Shown: positions 52,951 through 64,000 of the stretch, piece by piece
How positions within the stretch are numbered: the first letter of the stretch is position 1
Layout: the number at the start of each line of letters is the position of its first letter
NCBI RefSeq assembly: GCF_018350175.1
Contig: NC_058369.1
Location: 23,624,001-23,688,000, forward strand
Length of the DNA: 64,000 nucleotides
DNA from: Felis catus
Taxonomy: Eukaryota
Direction: 5' to 3'
Notes under the pieces: generated by a model
The model's database searches: none
What the model was told of the DNA's origin: nothing
What the model saw: only the letters and a program-made list of their open reading frames with translations
Position numbers and translations under genes: made by a program

Positions 52951-53727
52951 AGGAGAGTTGTTTTTCTGCGGCCCATATTCTCATTCGACCGCAGAGGGCT
53001 CCAAAGGGAAGGTCAAAGAAACAAGAAAGGTAGTATGTGAAGGCTATATAATGACGTGGTTGAAAACACACTATGCTAGAAATTTTAAGTACTGATCCAG
53101 TAATCTTTCAAGATAAGAAGGAAGTAGATGATCCTCTGGAAGGTTCCTCCAACCCTGACAATTTTCTCAACTAAACAGCTAATCTATGCTTTGGTTTTCA
53201 GCTACTTGGTTGGGTGAAAAGTGAGACATGTCCTAAATCCAGAAGCACAGGGAAGACCTGTGATTCCACCTCCGGGGCCACTCACAAGGTCCTCTATGTG
53301 TGCTGGCTTCCCAGCAGTAAGCTCTGCTTGCAGTGGTCTGCCTGCTCCCTGGTCCAGGCCCTTGACAGCCAAGACTAAGCCAGGCGCCACCCTCCCTTGC
53401 CTCTGAAAAAATGAGGGTGTGGTTACAAGCATCTGGAGATGAGGGGGGAGAATGTTATTTAGCAAAAGAGACGCATCATTATTTTCTTGCACCGGGATCA
53501 TGTTTCATTTAGCTGACTTGGCTCCACATTTAAACAGCATCCCCCAGGCAAATAATACAATTAAGCAAATGGAGAGGAGATTTAGTAACAATAAATTCCA
53601 TAGAAAAGGCCATTCTTTTGCATGCAGTTTTAAAAGGAGCCAAGCATTTAGATGGATCAATCACCCTGAATCTCACCGGCTCAAACATTATATAGAAACT
53701 GCTAGTAAAAGCTGATGAGGATTTGAA

Positions 53728-53746
53728 ACACACACATACACACATA

Positions 53747-53784
<38 letters not shown>
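53728..53784. repeat. (CA)n microsatellite
   Basis: Near-perfect CA run. Confidence 0.95.
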
Positions 53785-53786
<2 letters not shown>

Positions 53787-54359
53787 CATGCATTAGGCCT
53801 AGACATACTTTCTTTCTTTACAGTCCAATAACTAAAAGACAATTATCAAAATAGGCTTAGGATACACATACAAGAATTCAGGCCAGAATGGAAAACAAAC
53901 TACAGGAATAAAATCTACCTGAGAGCCAGTCAGGGAGGGAGAAGAACCTGGGAATAGAGCTCTGTGTTAGAGCAGATGAAAGATTGAACCGGGAACTAGG
54001 AGACCTGAATCATCATGTCAGCTCCACCATGCATACTCCGGGTAATTTTAGGCAAGACGATGACTTTTGTGGGTTTATAAGCTGCTCGAACCCCATCACT
54101 ACCATGTTTACCACCTCTAACCTCCACTTGCACTGCTATTTATTTTCTGCTTTCATAGAAGTCAACTCTTCTTTATGTGTATATGGTCACACACTGGGGA
54201 AGGAAATGACTATTTATTATTCTATTTGTTGTACTTTGCTACAACTTGTACATATCTCAAAATAAACATATTTACTTGGAAAGAAGATTATTCCACTAAT
54301 ATAAGAGGAAAGCTAGAATTGCTGGTCTTAAAATAGAAGGTTAATGACAAAAATAAGTA

Positions 54360-56060
54360 CAATGGACTCCTGCTCTTTACTCAGGACGGACAAGTTTGCT
54401 TCAGACCAACTCCTTTGCCAAGAACAACTTAAAAATCTGGATAAAATGTATAAAATGTAAAAATAAAAACAAAGAACTTCTGTGTGAAGACATTGTGGAG
54501 ATGCTATAAACAGCTAGGACCTGAAGAGCCACGAGCCCAGAGAGAAGTATATCCAGTACTGCCCATCCACTGATGCCCTCCAGGCATTTTCAGATTTGTA
54601 CATTTCATAGGACCCAGAAGTTCAAAAGTCAACAGTCTCATGATAACAAAAATTGAGGTATGTGGTCCACCAAAGAGAGGAGCCCTGGTAAATATTTCAA
54701 ACTTCCAATTGGAGCCATGTAAGCACTATATATCAGAAATGATGGGGCACCTGGGTGGCTCAGTCGGTTAAGCGTCCAACTTCAGCTCAGGTCACGATCT
54801 CGCGGTCCGCGAGTTCGAGCCCCGCGTCGGGCTCTGGGCTGATGGCTCAGAGCCTGGAGCCTGTTTCCGATTCTGTGTCTCCCTCTCTCTCTGCTCCTCC
54901 CCCGTTCATGCTCTGTCTCTCTCTGTCTCAAAAATAAATAAACATTTAAAAAAATTTTTAAAAATAAAAAAAAAAGAAATGAGTGTGAAGTGGAAACAGC
55001 TCAATCCTTACAAAGACTAAAACCCCATTTCAAGCCAATTCAAACCCAGATGAAATCAGATGACCTTCTAGTACTCAAAACACCTGACAGAAGCAAAAGA
55101 AAATGTAATTCTCTGGAAGATAATATACTCCAAAGCTTCAAATTGGTTCTGCAATGTGTCATGCATGTACAATGTGCAACACTGACCAAAAAGTACCAGG
55201 CATGCCAGGAGATATAACCAAATAACTAAAACCAAGGGAAAAAACCCAGACTCACATGTGAGCCACATAGAGTTATCAAATGCACACCACAAAATATCCA
55301 TGACTGGTAAGTTCAAGAAAGTCGATGATAAGACAAAGAATTTCACAAGAACTAGAATCTTTACAAAATGAAAAATGTGACTAAAGAATTGAAATATACA
55401 ATCACCAAAAAAATAAGAGCACAATATATTGGGTTTATGGCAGATTAAACAGTGTAGAAATGACCAATAAACAGAAAAGGGGTATTCCATCCCATTAATC
55501 ATCAGAGAAATGTAAATCTGCAAATCAAAACCACAGTAAGATATAACTACACACTTATAAGAATGGCTGAAAACTGTGTACCTAACAGAAATGCATAGCT
55601 GTGCACAGGAATGTTCATAGCCACTCATAAGTACCAACCAAAACCTTGAAACATCCAGCATAAAATGGATAAATTGTGATATATTAATACAGTGGAATAA
55701 TACACAGCTATGAAAAGGAATTAGTGTTACATAAACAATACAGATGAAACTTTGAAATATAATATGGCCTCAAAGAAGCCAAACACACACAAAAAAAATT
55801 ACACTGAGTAATTTAAATTACATAAATTTCAAAATGGGAAAAGCTTATCTAGAGTATTAGAAGTCAAAATAGTGGTCTCCTTTGTTGGAGTTTGGCAGGG
55901 GGAGACACAGAAAAGAGGACTGCTGAGATATTTCTACTACTTTATGTCTTAATCTGAGTGGTGGTCATATACATATGTTCACCTTGCAAAAGATCATCAA
56001 GCTGGGTTCTTCGGTGTCCTGTACTGTCTGAATATATACACTGATAAGTAATTTTTTTAA
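54360..56060 (+). mobile_element. Decayed L1M fragments (5' region and 3' end)
   Basis: gcaaatcaaaaccacagtaagatataactacacac, atggataaattgtgatatatt, agtattagaagtcaaaatagtggt motifs. Confidence 0.7.
54744..54974 (+). mobile_element. Young SINEC_Fc copy
   Basis: CpG-rich body; TSD agaaatga (54735-54742, 54975-54982). Confidence 0.96.
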
Positions 56061-56699
56061 ATCAAACATAAGACAATATTTGCAACCATACTAATGCTTT
56101 TAGGAATTATTTGAACCAAATGTTAGAGTCACTTGATGTAAGACACTAACATGAGTCCAAAAAAGAAATACAAGTCCACAAATAAATATGCTTTTGGAAA
56201 AAATAAATATATTTAGTGAATTCAAAACTATGTTATTAAATTCTAGGCAGATCCTGTTGCTTGCTGAGCCCAAGGCCTGATCTCTTGGTTAAACATGTAA
56301 ATAAGGAAGTGTTCAAGAAGCACTGAAGATTTACCACCAAATGGACATTGCTTCTTGATATATAATGAAACAGGATTGAAAAGGAAATTGCTTTTTCAAA
56401 ACGTGATATGGTAACACCCATTACTATGTGTCATCTGAAACTCTCTGGCTAAGCACCAGAGCCCCTCCCCCACACTGTGGGACATGCTGGCTTATTTGAT
56501 CTCAGAGTTCCTTCCCAGATGACCATCTGTGACTTGCTGATAGAAGCCTGCACACTCAATGAACATTACAAATGGTACTAAACTCAAAAATGGTTTCAAA
56601 AGAAGAAAACGGAATCAAGTTCATTGATTGTAGGATTTATTAAAGTCGGTTTAGACATCTATCTATACCTCCAATATCATGACCACCACTCTCCCCTAC

Positions 56700-57380
56700 A
56701 TGTAACAAGCTGACCTTGAAAAGAGGCAACTCCATTCTATGAGGGTTCCCTCTCCTGCCCACATCTGAGCTATCGGCAAAGCCATCAGCTCCACTTTCAA
56801 AGTATACCTGGAATCCAATCACTCCTCACCGTCCTCCAAGTCACCCCCATGCCTCACCTGGTGGTCTCCTAACTGGTCTCTCCACTTTCACCTCCGTGCT
56901 CCTTCAGTTTGTAGGCAACAGAACAGCCAGAGTGATTCTGTCAAGCCCCAAGTCAGACTGTAGCACTCCTTTGCTCAGAACCCTCCCGTCTCATGTAGAG
57001 CAAAAGCTAGTATCCTTGCCCTTGACTTGACAGCCCATTGCCTCCCTGACCTCATCACCTACTGCTCTTGCCCTGGTCACTCTGACCTAGCCACAGGAGT
57101 CTCGTTGATGATCTTCATCCATGCTCAACATGCTCCCACCTCAGGGCCTTGGCACTTGCTGGTCCCTCTGCCTGGGACACTCTACAGTAGATATCCCTGG
57201 CTCACTCCCTCACCCCTTCAGTCTTTACTCAAATGTCCCCTGACCAATGAATCTCACTGTCCCCTTCTTATGCAAAATTACACCCCCCCCCATTCTCCCA
57301 ACCCCTGTTCCCTGCTTTCTTTTTCACTTGATATTCATCACCATCTAATATTCTATGTGTTTATCAATTTACCTTATTGA
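56700..57380 (+). mobile_element. L2 fragment
   Basis: tctcctaactggtctc, cagccagagtgatt, cctcagggccttggcacttgctg L2 motifs. Confidence 0.82.
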
Positions 57381-58166
57381 GAGCTTGCCATCCCACCTCT
57401 TTGTACCAGGAGAGTTTTCAATAAGTAAAGCAGACTTTGAGACTCACAAACTTGAAAAGACACTAACCCCCTTCTAGCTTTAGCGTGGGAACTGTGCCAT
57501 TGGTAATGATCCACTTGGGTAACAAAGCCCCTTTCTTTCATTCTTACTGGGCTGATAAAACCAGCAGGATAGTTGAGCTGCTGACAAGAAGCTGCTGTTC
57601 ATCCTTCAAACCGTGACATTCCATCCCATCCCACCCTTCCAACTCCAGAGGTCTCCCTGATTTACTGGGGGAGAGGAAGCCTTCACTCTCTCACTCCCTT
57701 CGGGTGGGGGAGTAGAGCTGTTCATTCAGCAAATATTTATCAATTACTGTTTATGCACCAATGAACTACGTGCCAAGAACACAGGAGAATCCGGCATAGC
57801 CTTTGCCCAAGTGAAACTCACAGTCCAGAGAGCAGAGAGGGAGAAGTGGCTCTCTCAGCATGCTGATTCAACCTACAGAGTTGTGAGGGGTCCTGACAGG
57901 TGTCACGTTGCCACCAGCAATTTGTAGGCAATAAACCACTCCCATGTGCAATCATCTCGTTTTTATTTGTAATTGAGAGTGGCTTGAAGGCTGTGCCGAT
58001 GAGGACACCTTCACACTCTGAGAAAATGAAGTATAAGAAATGAAACATGACCATGGGGATGCCCATGGAATGGGGATGCCATGCTCAAGGTCATTGGGGT
58101 GCAGACTGGAAACAGGTTAGGAACCTCTGATGAAAAATTCTTTCCCTCAGATGATAACTTGCTTAA

Positions 58167-58373
58167 TTTTTTTTTACTGTTTATTTTTGAGAGAGAAGAG
58201 AGCGCACACAAGCAGGAGAGGGGCAGAGAGAGAGGGAGACACAGAATCCCAAGCAGGCTCCAGGCTCCGAGCTGTCAGCACAGAGCCCAATGTGGGGCTT
58301 GAACTCATGAACCGCGAGATCACGACTTGAGCTGAAGCCGGCACTTAACTAACTGGGCCACCCAGGATCCCCC
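58167..58373 (-). mobile_element. Can-SINE
   Basis: Full body; TSD cttgcttaa (58158-58166, 58374-58382). Confidence 0.94.
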
Positions 58374-58689
58374 CTTGCTTAAATTTACAGACAGCAGTGA
58401 TAATGACAGCTGTTACTGTCACACACTGGTAACAGGTACAAATAATAGGCACGTGGATTAATTCAGCTCATTTAATCCTTACTACAATAAGGGATGTAGA
58501 TATTAATTTTCCTTTCAGTTTTATTGAGCTATAATTGACCTACAGAACCGAATAAGTTTAAGGTGTAAAGCATAATGACTTGACTTACATATAGAGCAAA
58601 ATGATGACCATGAAAAATTAATATTTATCATCTCTCACAGATGCTTTTTTCTTTGTGATGAGAACGTTCAGGATCTAGCCTCTTACCAC

Positions 58690-58894
58690 TTTTTATTTTT
58701 AAGTTTATTTATTTATTTTGAGAGAGAGCAAGCACAAGTTGGGGAGGGGCACAGAGAAGGAGAGAGAGAATCCCAAGCAGGCTCCAGATCCAACACAGAA
58801 CTCGATGCGGGGCTCAAACTCACAAACTGTGAGAGCATGACCTGAGCCAAAACCAAGAGTCGGACGTTTAACCGACTAAGCCACCCAGGCATCC
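58690..58894 (-). mobile_element. Can-SINE
   Basis: Poly-T/(AG)n, body ending taagccacccaggcatcc. Confidence 0.93.
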
Positions 58895-58918
58895 ATCTTT
58901 TAAATATACCGTACAGCA

Positions 58919-59143
58919 GGGGCATCTAAGTGGCTCAGTCGGTTAAACATCCAACTCTTGGTTTCAGCTCAGGTCATGATCTCACGGTTTGTGAGTTCAA
59001 GCTCTACATCAGGCTCTGTGCTCTTAGCACAGATCCTGCTTGGGATTCTTCCTCTTCTTCTCTCTCTCTCTCTCTGCCCCTCCCAAGCTCATTCTCTTTC
59101 TCTCTCTCTCTACCTCTCTCTCTCAAAATAAAGTTAAAAAAAA
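58919..59143 (+). mobile_element. Can-SINE
   Basis: ggggcatctaagtggctcagtcggttaa head, (CT)n, A-tail. Confidence 0.93.
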
Positions 59144-59904
59144 TACATACACCAGTATGTATGCAGCAGTAGCTGTAATCATCACATTGTACATCACATC
59201 CCCAGTTGTATACATTCCAGTTATCTCAGAACTGAAAGTTTGTGCCTTTTGACCACTTGCCTCCAATTCCCCTTCCCCAACCTTTGGCCTCTAATAACCA
59301 CAAATCTGATCTCTTTTTCTAGGAGTTTGTTTTTAGATTCCACACATAAGTGAGATCATACAGTATTTGTCTTTCTCTGACTTATTTCACTTAGCAGAAT
59401 ACCCTCAAGGTCCATCCATGATATAACAAATGGCAGACTCTCCTTTTTATGGATGAATAGTATTCCAAAGTGTGGATATTATTCAATCCCACTTTTCAGA
59501 TGCAGAAATTGGCACTGGAGGTTGTACTAAATACATTACCCGAGGTCATTCAGATAGTAACAGGTGAATTTAGACTTCAAACCCAGATTTGTATGATTCT
59601 AAATCTTTGCCTAAAATCCTTCTGGCATGCAACGTGGCAAATCAAGTTGGAAGTCTTTGGAATCAAACTTTACTTTGAAGAGAGATTTGATGCATTTATG
59701 ATAAAGTTCAGCTTGATGCAACCAAGAACCAATTAAGTGAAATAAGGAATGTAAAGTGGGCAGCCCAAGATCTGACCCATAGTAAGAGCTAGATGGTAGG
59801 AAATACCACATTTATCACATTATCACATTAGCCCTTCTTTCCTTCCTTCCACTCTCCTTCCTTCCTTCCTTTCCTGCCTTCCATCTTTTTTTTTTTAATT
59901 AAAC

Positions 59905-60270
59905 CAGCCACCACCTATTCCTGCTCATGAGTCTTCTGGTTGCCTGGACAGTTCTGCTGAACTAGGCTGGACTCAGCTAAGCTTGCTCGTGAGCCAGCTT
60001 GTGAGTCAGCTGGGGGCTGGCTGGTCTAGGATGGCCTTGGTCATGTGTCTAGAGCTTGGCTGGGATTCACTTTGAGGTGACAACCATCAAGCTAGCCTGG
60101 GCTTGTTCACACGGTGGCAGTAGTGTTACAAGAGTGTGACTATAAGCAAGCCAGGGCCCTGGAGGCCTAGGCTTATAAGTGGTATCCCATCACTTCTGTT
60201 GCGGTAAGTCACGAGGCCAGCCAGACTCAAGAAGTTAGGGAAACAAATTCGTACCTCTTAATGGGTGGAG
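59905..60270 (-). mobile_element. MaLR LTR fragment (MLT1H-like)
   Basis: ggctggtctaggatggcct, gctagcctgggcttgttcacac, catcacttctg motifs. Confidence 0.7.
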
Positions 60271-61804
60271 CCAAAAAATCACATTTCCCAGGCTGCCTCA
60301 CATTGATGGGTAATGTCAGCTCTCCTGGTAGAACAGACCAGCACAGGCAAAAGAACCTAGCATGCACACAGGTTCCCATACTCAAGTTCAATCTGACTAC
60401 CTACTGTTTAATGCCAGTAATTCTTACTTCTCCTTTAATTTAGGTCAGCAACTTTTTTTTCCCTTTAAATTGGAGACCCACTCATATCTTTCTCTGATGG
60501 AGTTTCCCTTGATTTGTTAGTCATCATATTAAACTATCTTGGGTCTAACAGCTATGAAGAAGGAAGACATCCAGAGCTCTACCAGATAAGTAGCACTAAA
60601 GTCCTTCCCAAGTCAAAAGCCACTACAAGAACTCTGCAGAGCCACATATCACCCAAACCCTATGCCTTTAGACCCACCATGAACCTGGCCCAAATCTACC
60701 TCCTGCTAATGGCCATGGGTACCCTCTTCGTGGGCCCAGCTTCCGATGCCTCCCTCAACCCACCATGAGATTGTGTGCACTCCTTACTTTTGTACATGCT
60801 GTTCCTGCTGCCTGAAATAAATGTCCTAACCCCTCTTCTCCACTTGGTGCACTCCCATTAATCCTTTACCACCCAGATTATGTCTCATGTTCATGCATGC
60901 TATCATTCAACAAATATGTACTGGCCTGCCAGGCCCAGGATGCATATGGGAATTGAAAACAGGCTCAGCCCCTCCTCCTCATGGAGCATATGGTCACTCT
61001 CCTGTGAAGCCACCCAACTTCTAAGTTCCTGCCTCTGCTCTGTTCCCACAGGCGTGTGTGTGTAGGTATGATTGTATATGTAAGTGTGTGTGTATACACA
61101 CACGTGAATTCACACACACACGCATACACACACACACCTTTTACCCCACAGACTGCACTGGACTCTGATGATTTGTTGTGAGTTTTTCTCTTCCATAAGA
61201 TGGTGAGCTCCTTACAATCAGGGATCACACCTCATTATTCTATCATTATGATTAGATCACCCAGTACTTTCCTTAGTTGAAATTCAAATAAACATTTGTA
61301 GAATAGACAAACGAATGCATGTCCGAAGGAAAAGGTGCTCTCAGAGGGTGTTTCATTCCATCCCTCCATTTTGCCAACGAGAAAACTAAAACCCTGGTAC
61401 ACATCACACTACGTGCTGAGACTATACTGCCTTCACACGGGGATCAACGTGGCTCCCCAACTTCAGCGTCAAACGGGGAACTGTTTTATATTTTAAACAC
61501 AATGTATGGTTTTCAGGAAGTTTATTTCCCATCCTAGAACGATTTTAGGTGGGCAAAATACAATGTGCCAAGAGTGGTTTCAAAACAAAGAAAAAGTGAT
61601 TAAGAAATTGGGTTTTCAAGCCAGACAGATTTGGAATAAAATTCTAGCACTGTCTGACCTCGGGCAAGCTTTTTCATCACTCAGTCTCACCTTCCTCGCT
61701 GTAGAATAAAGCTGCCCATCAGTACCTGCCCAGGACATGTTGGGAAGATTTTATGATTTTAAAAGCACAGGACTTAATCCTCATAAAACATGCAACATGT
61801 GAGA

Positions 61805-62003
61805 GTTATTTTTTTTAAAGAGAGAAGGAGACGGCATGCATTAGTGGGGGAGGGGCAGAGAACGAGGGAGAGAGACTCCCAAGGAGTCTGCATGCTATCA
61901 ACACACAGCCATACACAGGGCTCGATCCTACCAATTGTGAGATCATGCCCTGAGCAGAAATCAAGAGTCAGATGCTTAATCCACACAACCACCCAGGCTC
62001 CCC
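61805..62003 (-). mobile_element. Older Can-SINE
   Basis: tgagatcatgccctgagcagaaatcaagagtcagatgcttaa...cacccaggctcccc. Confidence 0.9.
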
Positions 62004-64000
62004 TGAAAGCTATTATATTTTTTATCATTGATTTAAAATTAGTTTAAGCTCAACGTATAGAGGTTCAAGTATAATCACAATTCTATTCAAGGGGTCTCCA
62101 CAATGGCTGCTCTCTTAAATTGGTTACAGCAAACTTCTCTAAAGTTACAGAAATCTTGGGTGCCTTCTCACAGAAATTTCAGCTGCAGTAATGCTTTGTG
62201 CCACAGGATTTACCTACAGGAATTAAAGCATCAGCAGGGTCCTGAGCACAAGAGAATGAACACATTCTGGCATATGATGGCGAGTCTGATACCGCAACGA
62301 GAGTGATTCAGATGCTGTTGCTAGACTAGTAGAACCTGGTTTTAATGGCCAGAAGATGTTCATTTCCTGAGGCTTGGTTAGTATACTGAACAGTCCTTTT
62401 TTCCATGTGTAAAAATGGAAATGTAAAGGTTAGAACACTATGGCTAAGAATGGCTTTAAACAATATGTTATGGCATCTGAGAGCAACCCTTTTATCTTTT
62501 ACATCTTCACTTTTTATTGTCTGGGCTTTTATGAGCTGTGTGCTTGAACTAGACCCAAATCCTGGGTGCCACACTCAAAATCATATGGTACATCTGCTTC
62601 TCTGACTGAGGAGATAGGCGGATTATACTTATCAAAATCTTCCTCCCACCATGAAGTCAACATACATTCAGCGGAAGACAAGAAAAATGTTGCATCTATG
62701 CTCTCTCTGAAAGAAGGTAGTTTGTTCACATTCCATGGGGGCACAGGACAGGGCACAGCCAGAGTCACCAGGAGGACCCTTGACATCGTATTGATTATCT
62801 AGAGCTTCCTATACAGGCATATATCTTCCTGAGGAATCTTCAGTGCTGGTGAGCACAGACCCATGGCATTACCAAGATGTCTCCATAACATCTTTGTGTG
62901 AACCTTGAACCTGGTTGGCATTCCCTGGAAAAAAGGAAATGCTCTATCATCATTTCAAAAATCAAGCAAATACCTTTTAGCTTTTTTCCAAAGATAGCAT
63001 GAATTTTTTAAATAAAGACTACTAATCAGTTTAGATTAGTAGGAAGTCGGAAGAGCAAGAGCTACAGTGTAGAAGTCCTCCTGTTCTCTGGGGCACTAAG
63101 GGAACTTTATCTGGCAGCTGCGGGTTTCTCTTCTGAAAGGAATTTGTATTTCTAAAACTTTTGTGCCAAAGTTAACTGGACGCCATCAACTGTGTCTTCA
63201 GCCTGCACATTTCACGAGGTTATGAGAATTCACCCAAACCATCCCAGAATGGCTGGGTGAAATGTGAGAAGTAAGAAGTCAGGGAAGGCAGATGGAACCA
63301 TTGAGAACAGGGTGGTTGGCCTATAGGGCGAATCAAAAGATGTGGCTGGAAATTATACCAGAAAGGTATGCCAGGGTGACACGAGGAAAGGTTTTGAATG
63401 TCAAGCTTAAAAAAAGGTCTAAAATTAACACTCTACACAACAGGAGGCCATTGAAGTTTCTGAGCAGATCGGTTTCTGGAGTTCACAGGGGGCTAGGCTG
63501 CTCCTGCCCCCTCCAACCTTACCGAGGGCCCTCACGCTCACCTGCAGTTAGTGAGAGAAAACCGTGCCCCGGTTTCAAATACTGTTCCTGAATTGGCCAA
63601 GCACATTGCCCAGTGCACACCTGTTGGATATTTTCAGGTTCTCCTGTTATCAAGCCTATCAGATACCACGCGGCTGTTCTCTGCTTGCTGCTACACAGAG
63701 GCTGATACCATGCGGACCTTGCAGCCCTTGATGGATTTCCATTCAGGAGTCTGTAGGAGTACCTTGGATTGGGGGTGGGGGTTGGGATGCTTCTTTGTTG
63801 GTAAATGTTGACCATTTGTTTATGGCTTTGCTCCCCAGCCGTCCTTTCTGTATGTAGGAATTTGGAGAGATTTAAATAGATGTATCCACTGCTATGTTCC
63901 CAGAACCTAGAACTGGGTTCAGTTTTTTTTGGTAGAAATCAAGGACCTGGGTGAACTACACACTTGGTTTGACCTGGAACAGCATGGGGTGATGAGAAAA

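Larger units (their letters stand above)
58506..59470 (-). mobile_element. L1 3' end (L1MA9/L1_Carn-like) inserted in a MIR and carrying two SINEs
   Basis: cagttttattgag...tagattccacacataagtgagatcatacagtatttgtc; TSD-like tgtagatatta / tgtggatatta; MIR sequence resumes after 59480. Confidence 0.85.

Noticed and set aside
55068..55661. Longest ORF (197 aa)
   Set aside because: Lies antisense to decayed L1 sequence, has low-complexity hydrophobic composition and no family resemblance.
1..64000. CRISPR arrays, operons or prokaryotic defence systems
   Set aside because: The sequence is mammalian; no regularly spaced repeats with unique spacers and no gene-dense architecture were seen.

Overview
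Mammalian (carnivore, very probably Felidae) nuclear DNA. It contains 16 tRNA-derived Can-SINE copies, several with felid SINEC_Fc diagnostics, plus a short felid-type L1 3' end. The window is repeat-rich intergenic or deep-intronic sequence: MIR, L2, old L1M fragments (one ~10.5 kb nested cluster at 27.1-37.6 kb), MaLR/ERVL solo LTRs, hAT DNA-transposon relics and microsatellites. I cannot identify any protein-coding gene, structured RNA gene or CRISPR array, and the ORF track looks spurious. The most notable non-repeat signals are a ~107 bp diverged direct duplication 1.6 kb apart (45.2/46.8 kb), a CpG-enriched promoter-like segment at ~22 kb, a speculative chain of minus-strand exon-like segments running from it to ~6.9 kb, and a GATA-rich exon-like element at 44.9 kb. 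Insertion oddities include two SINEs re-using one target site and a head-to-head SINE pair ~25 bp apart. I see no convincing evidence of a new biological system. Repeat family names come from recalled consensus motifs, not a database search, and boundaries of old repeats are approximate.
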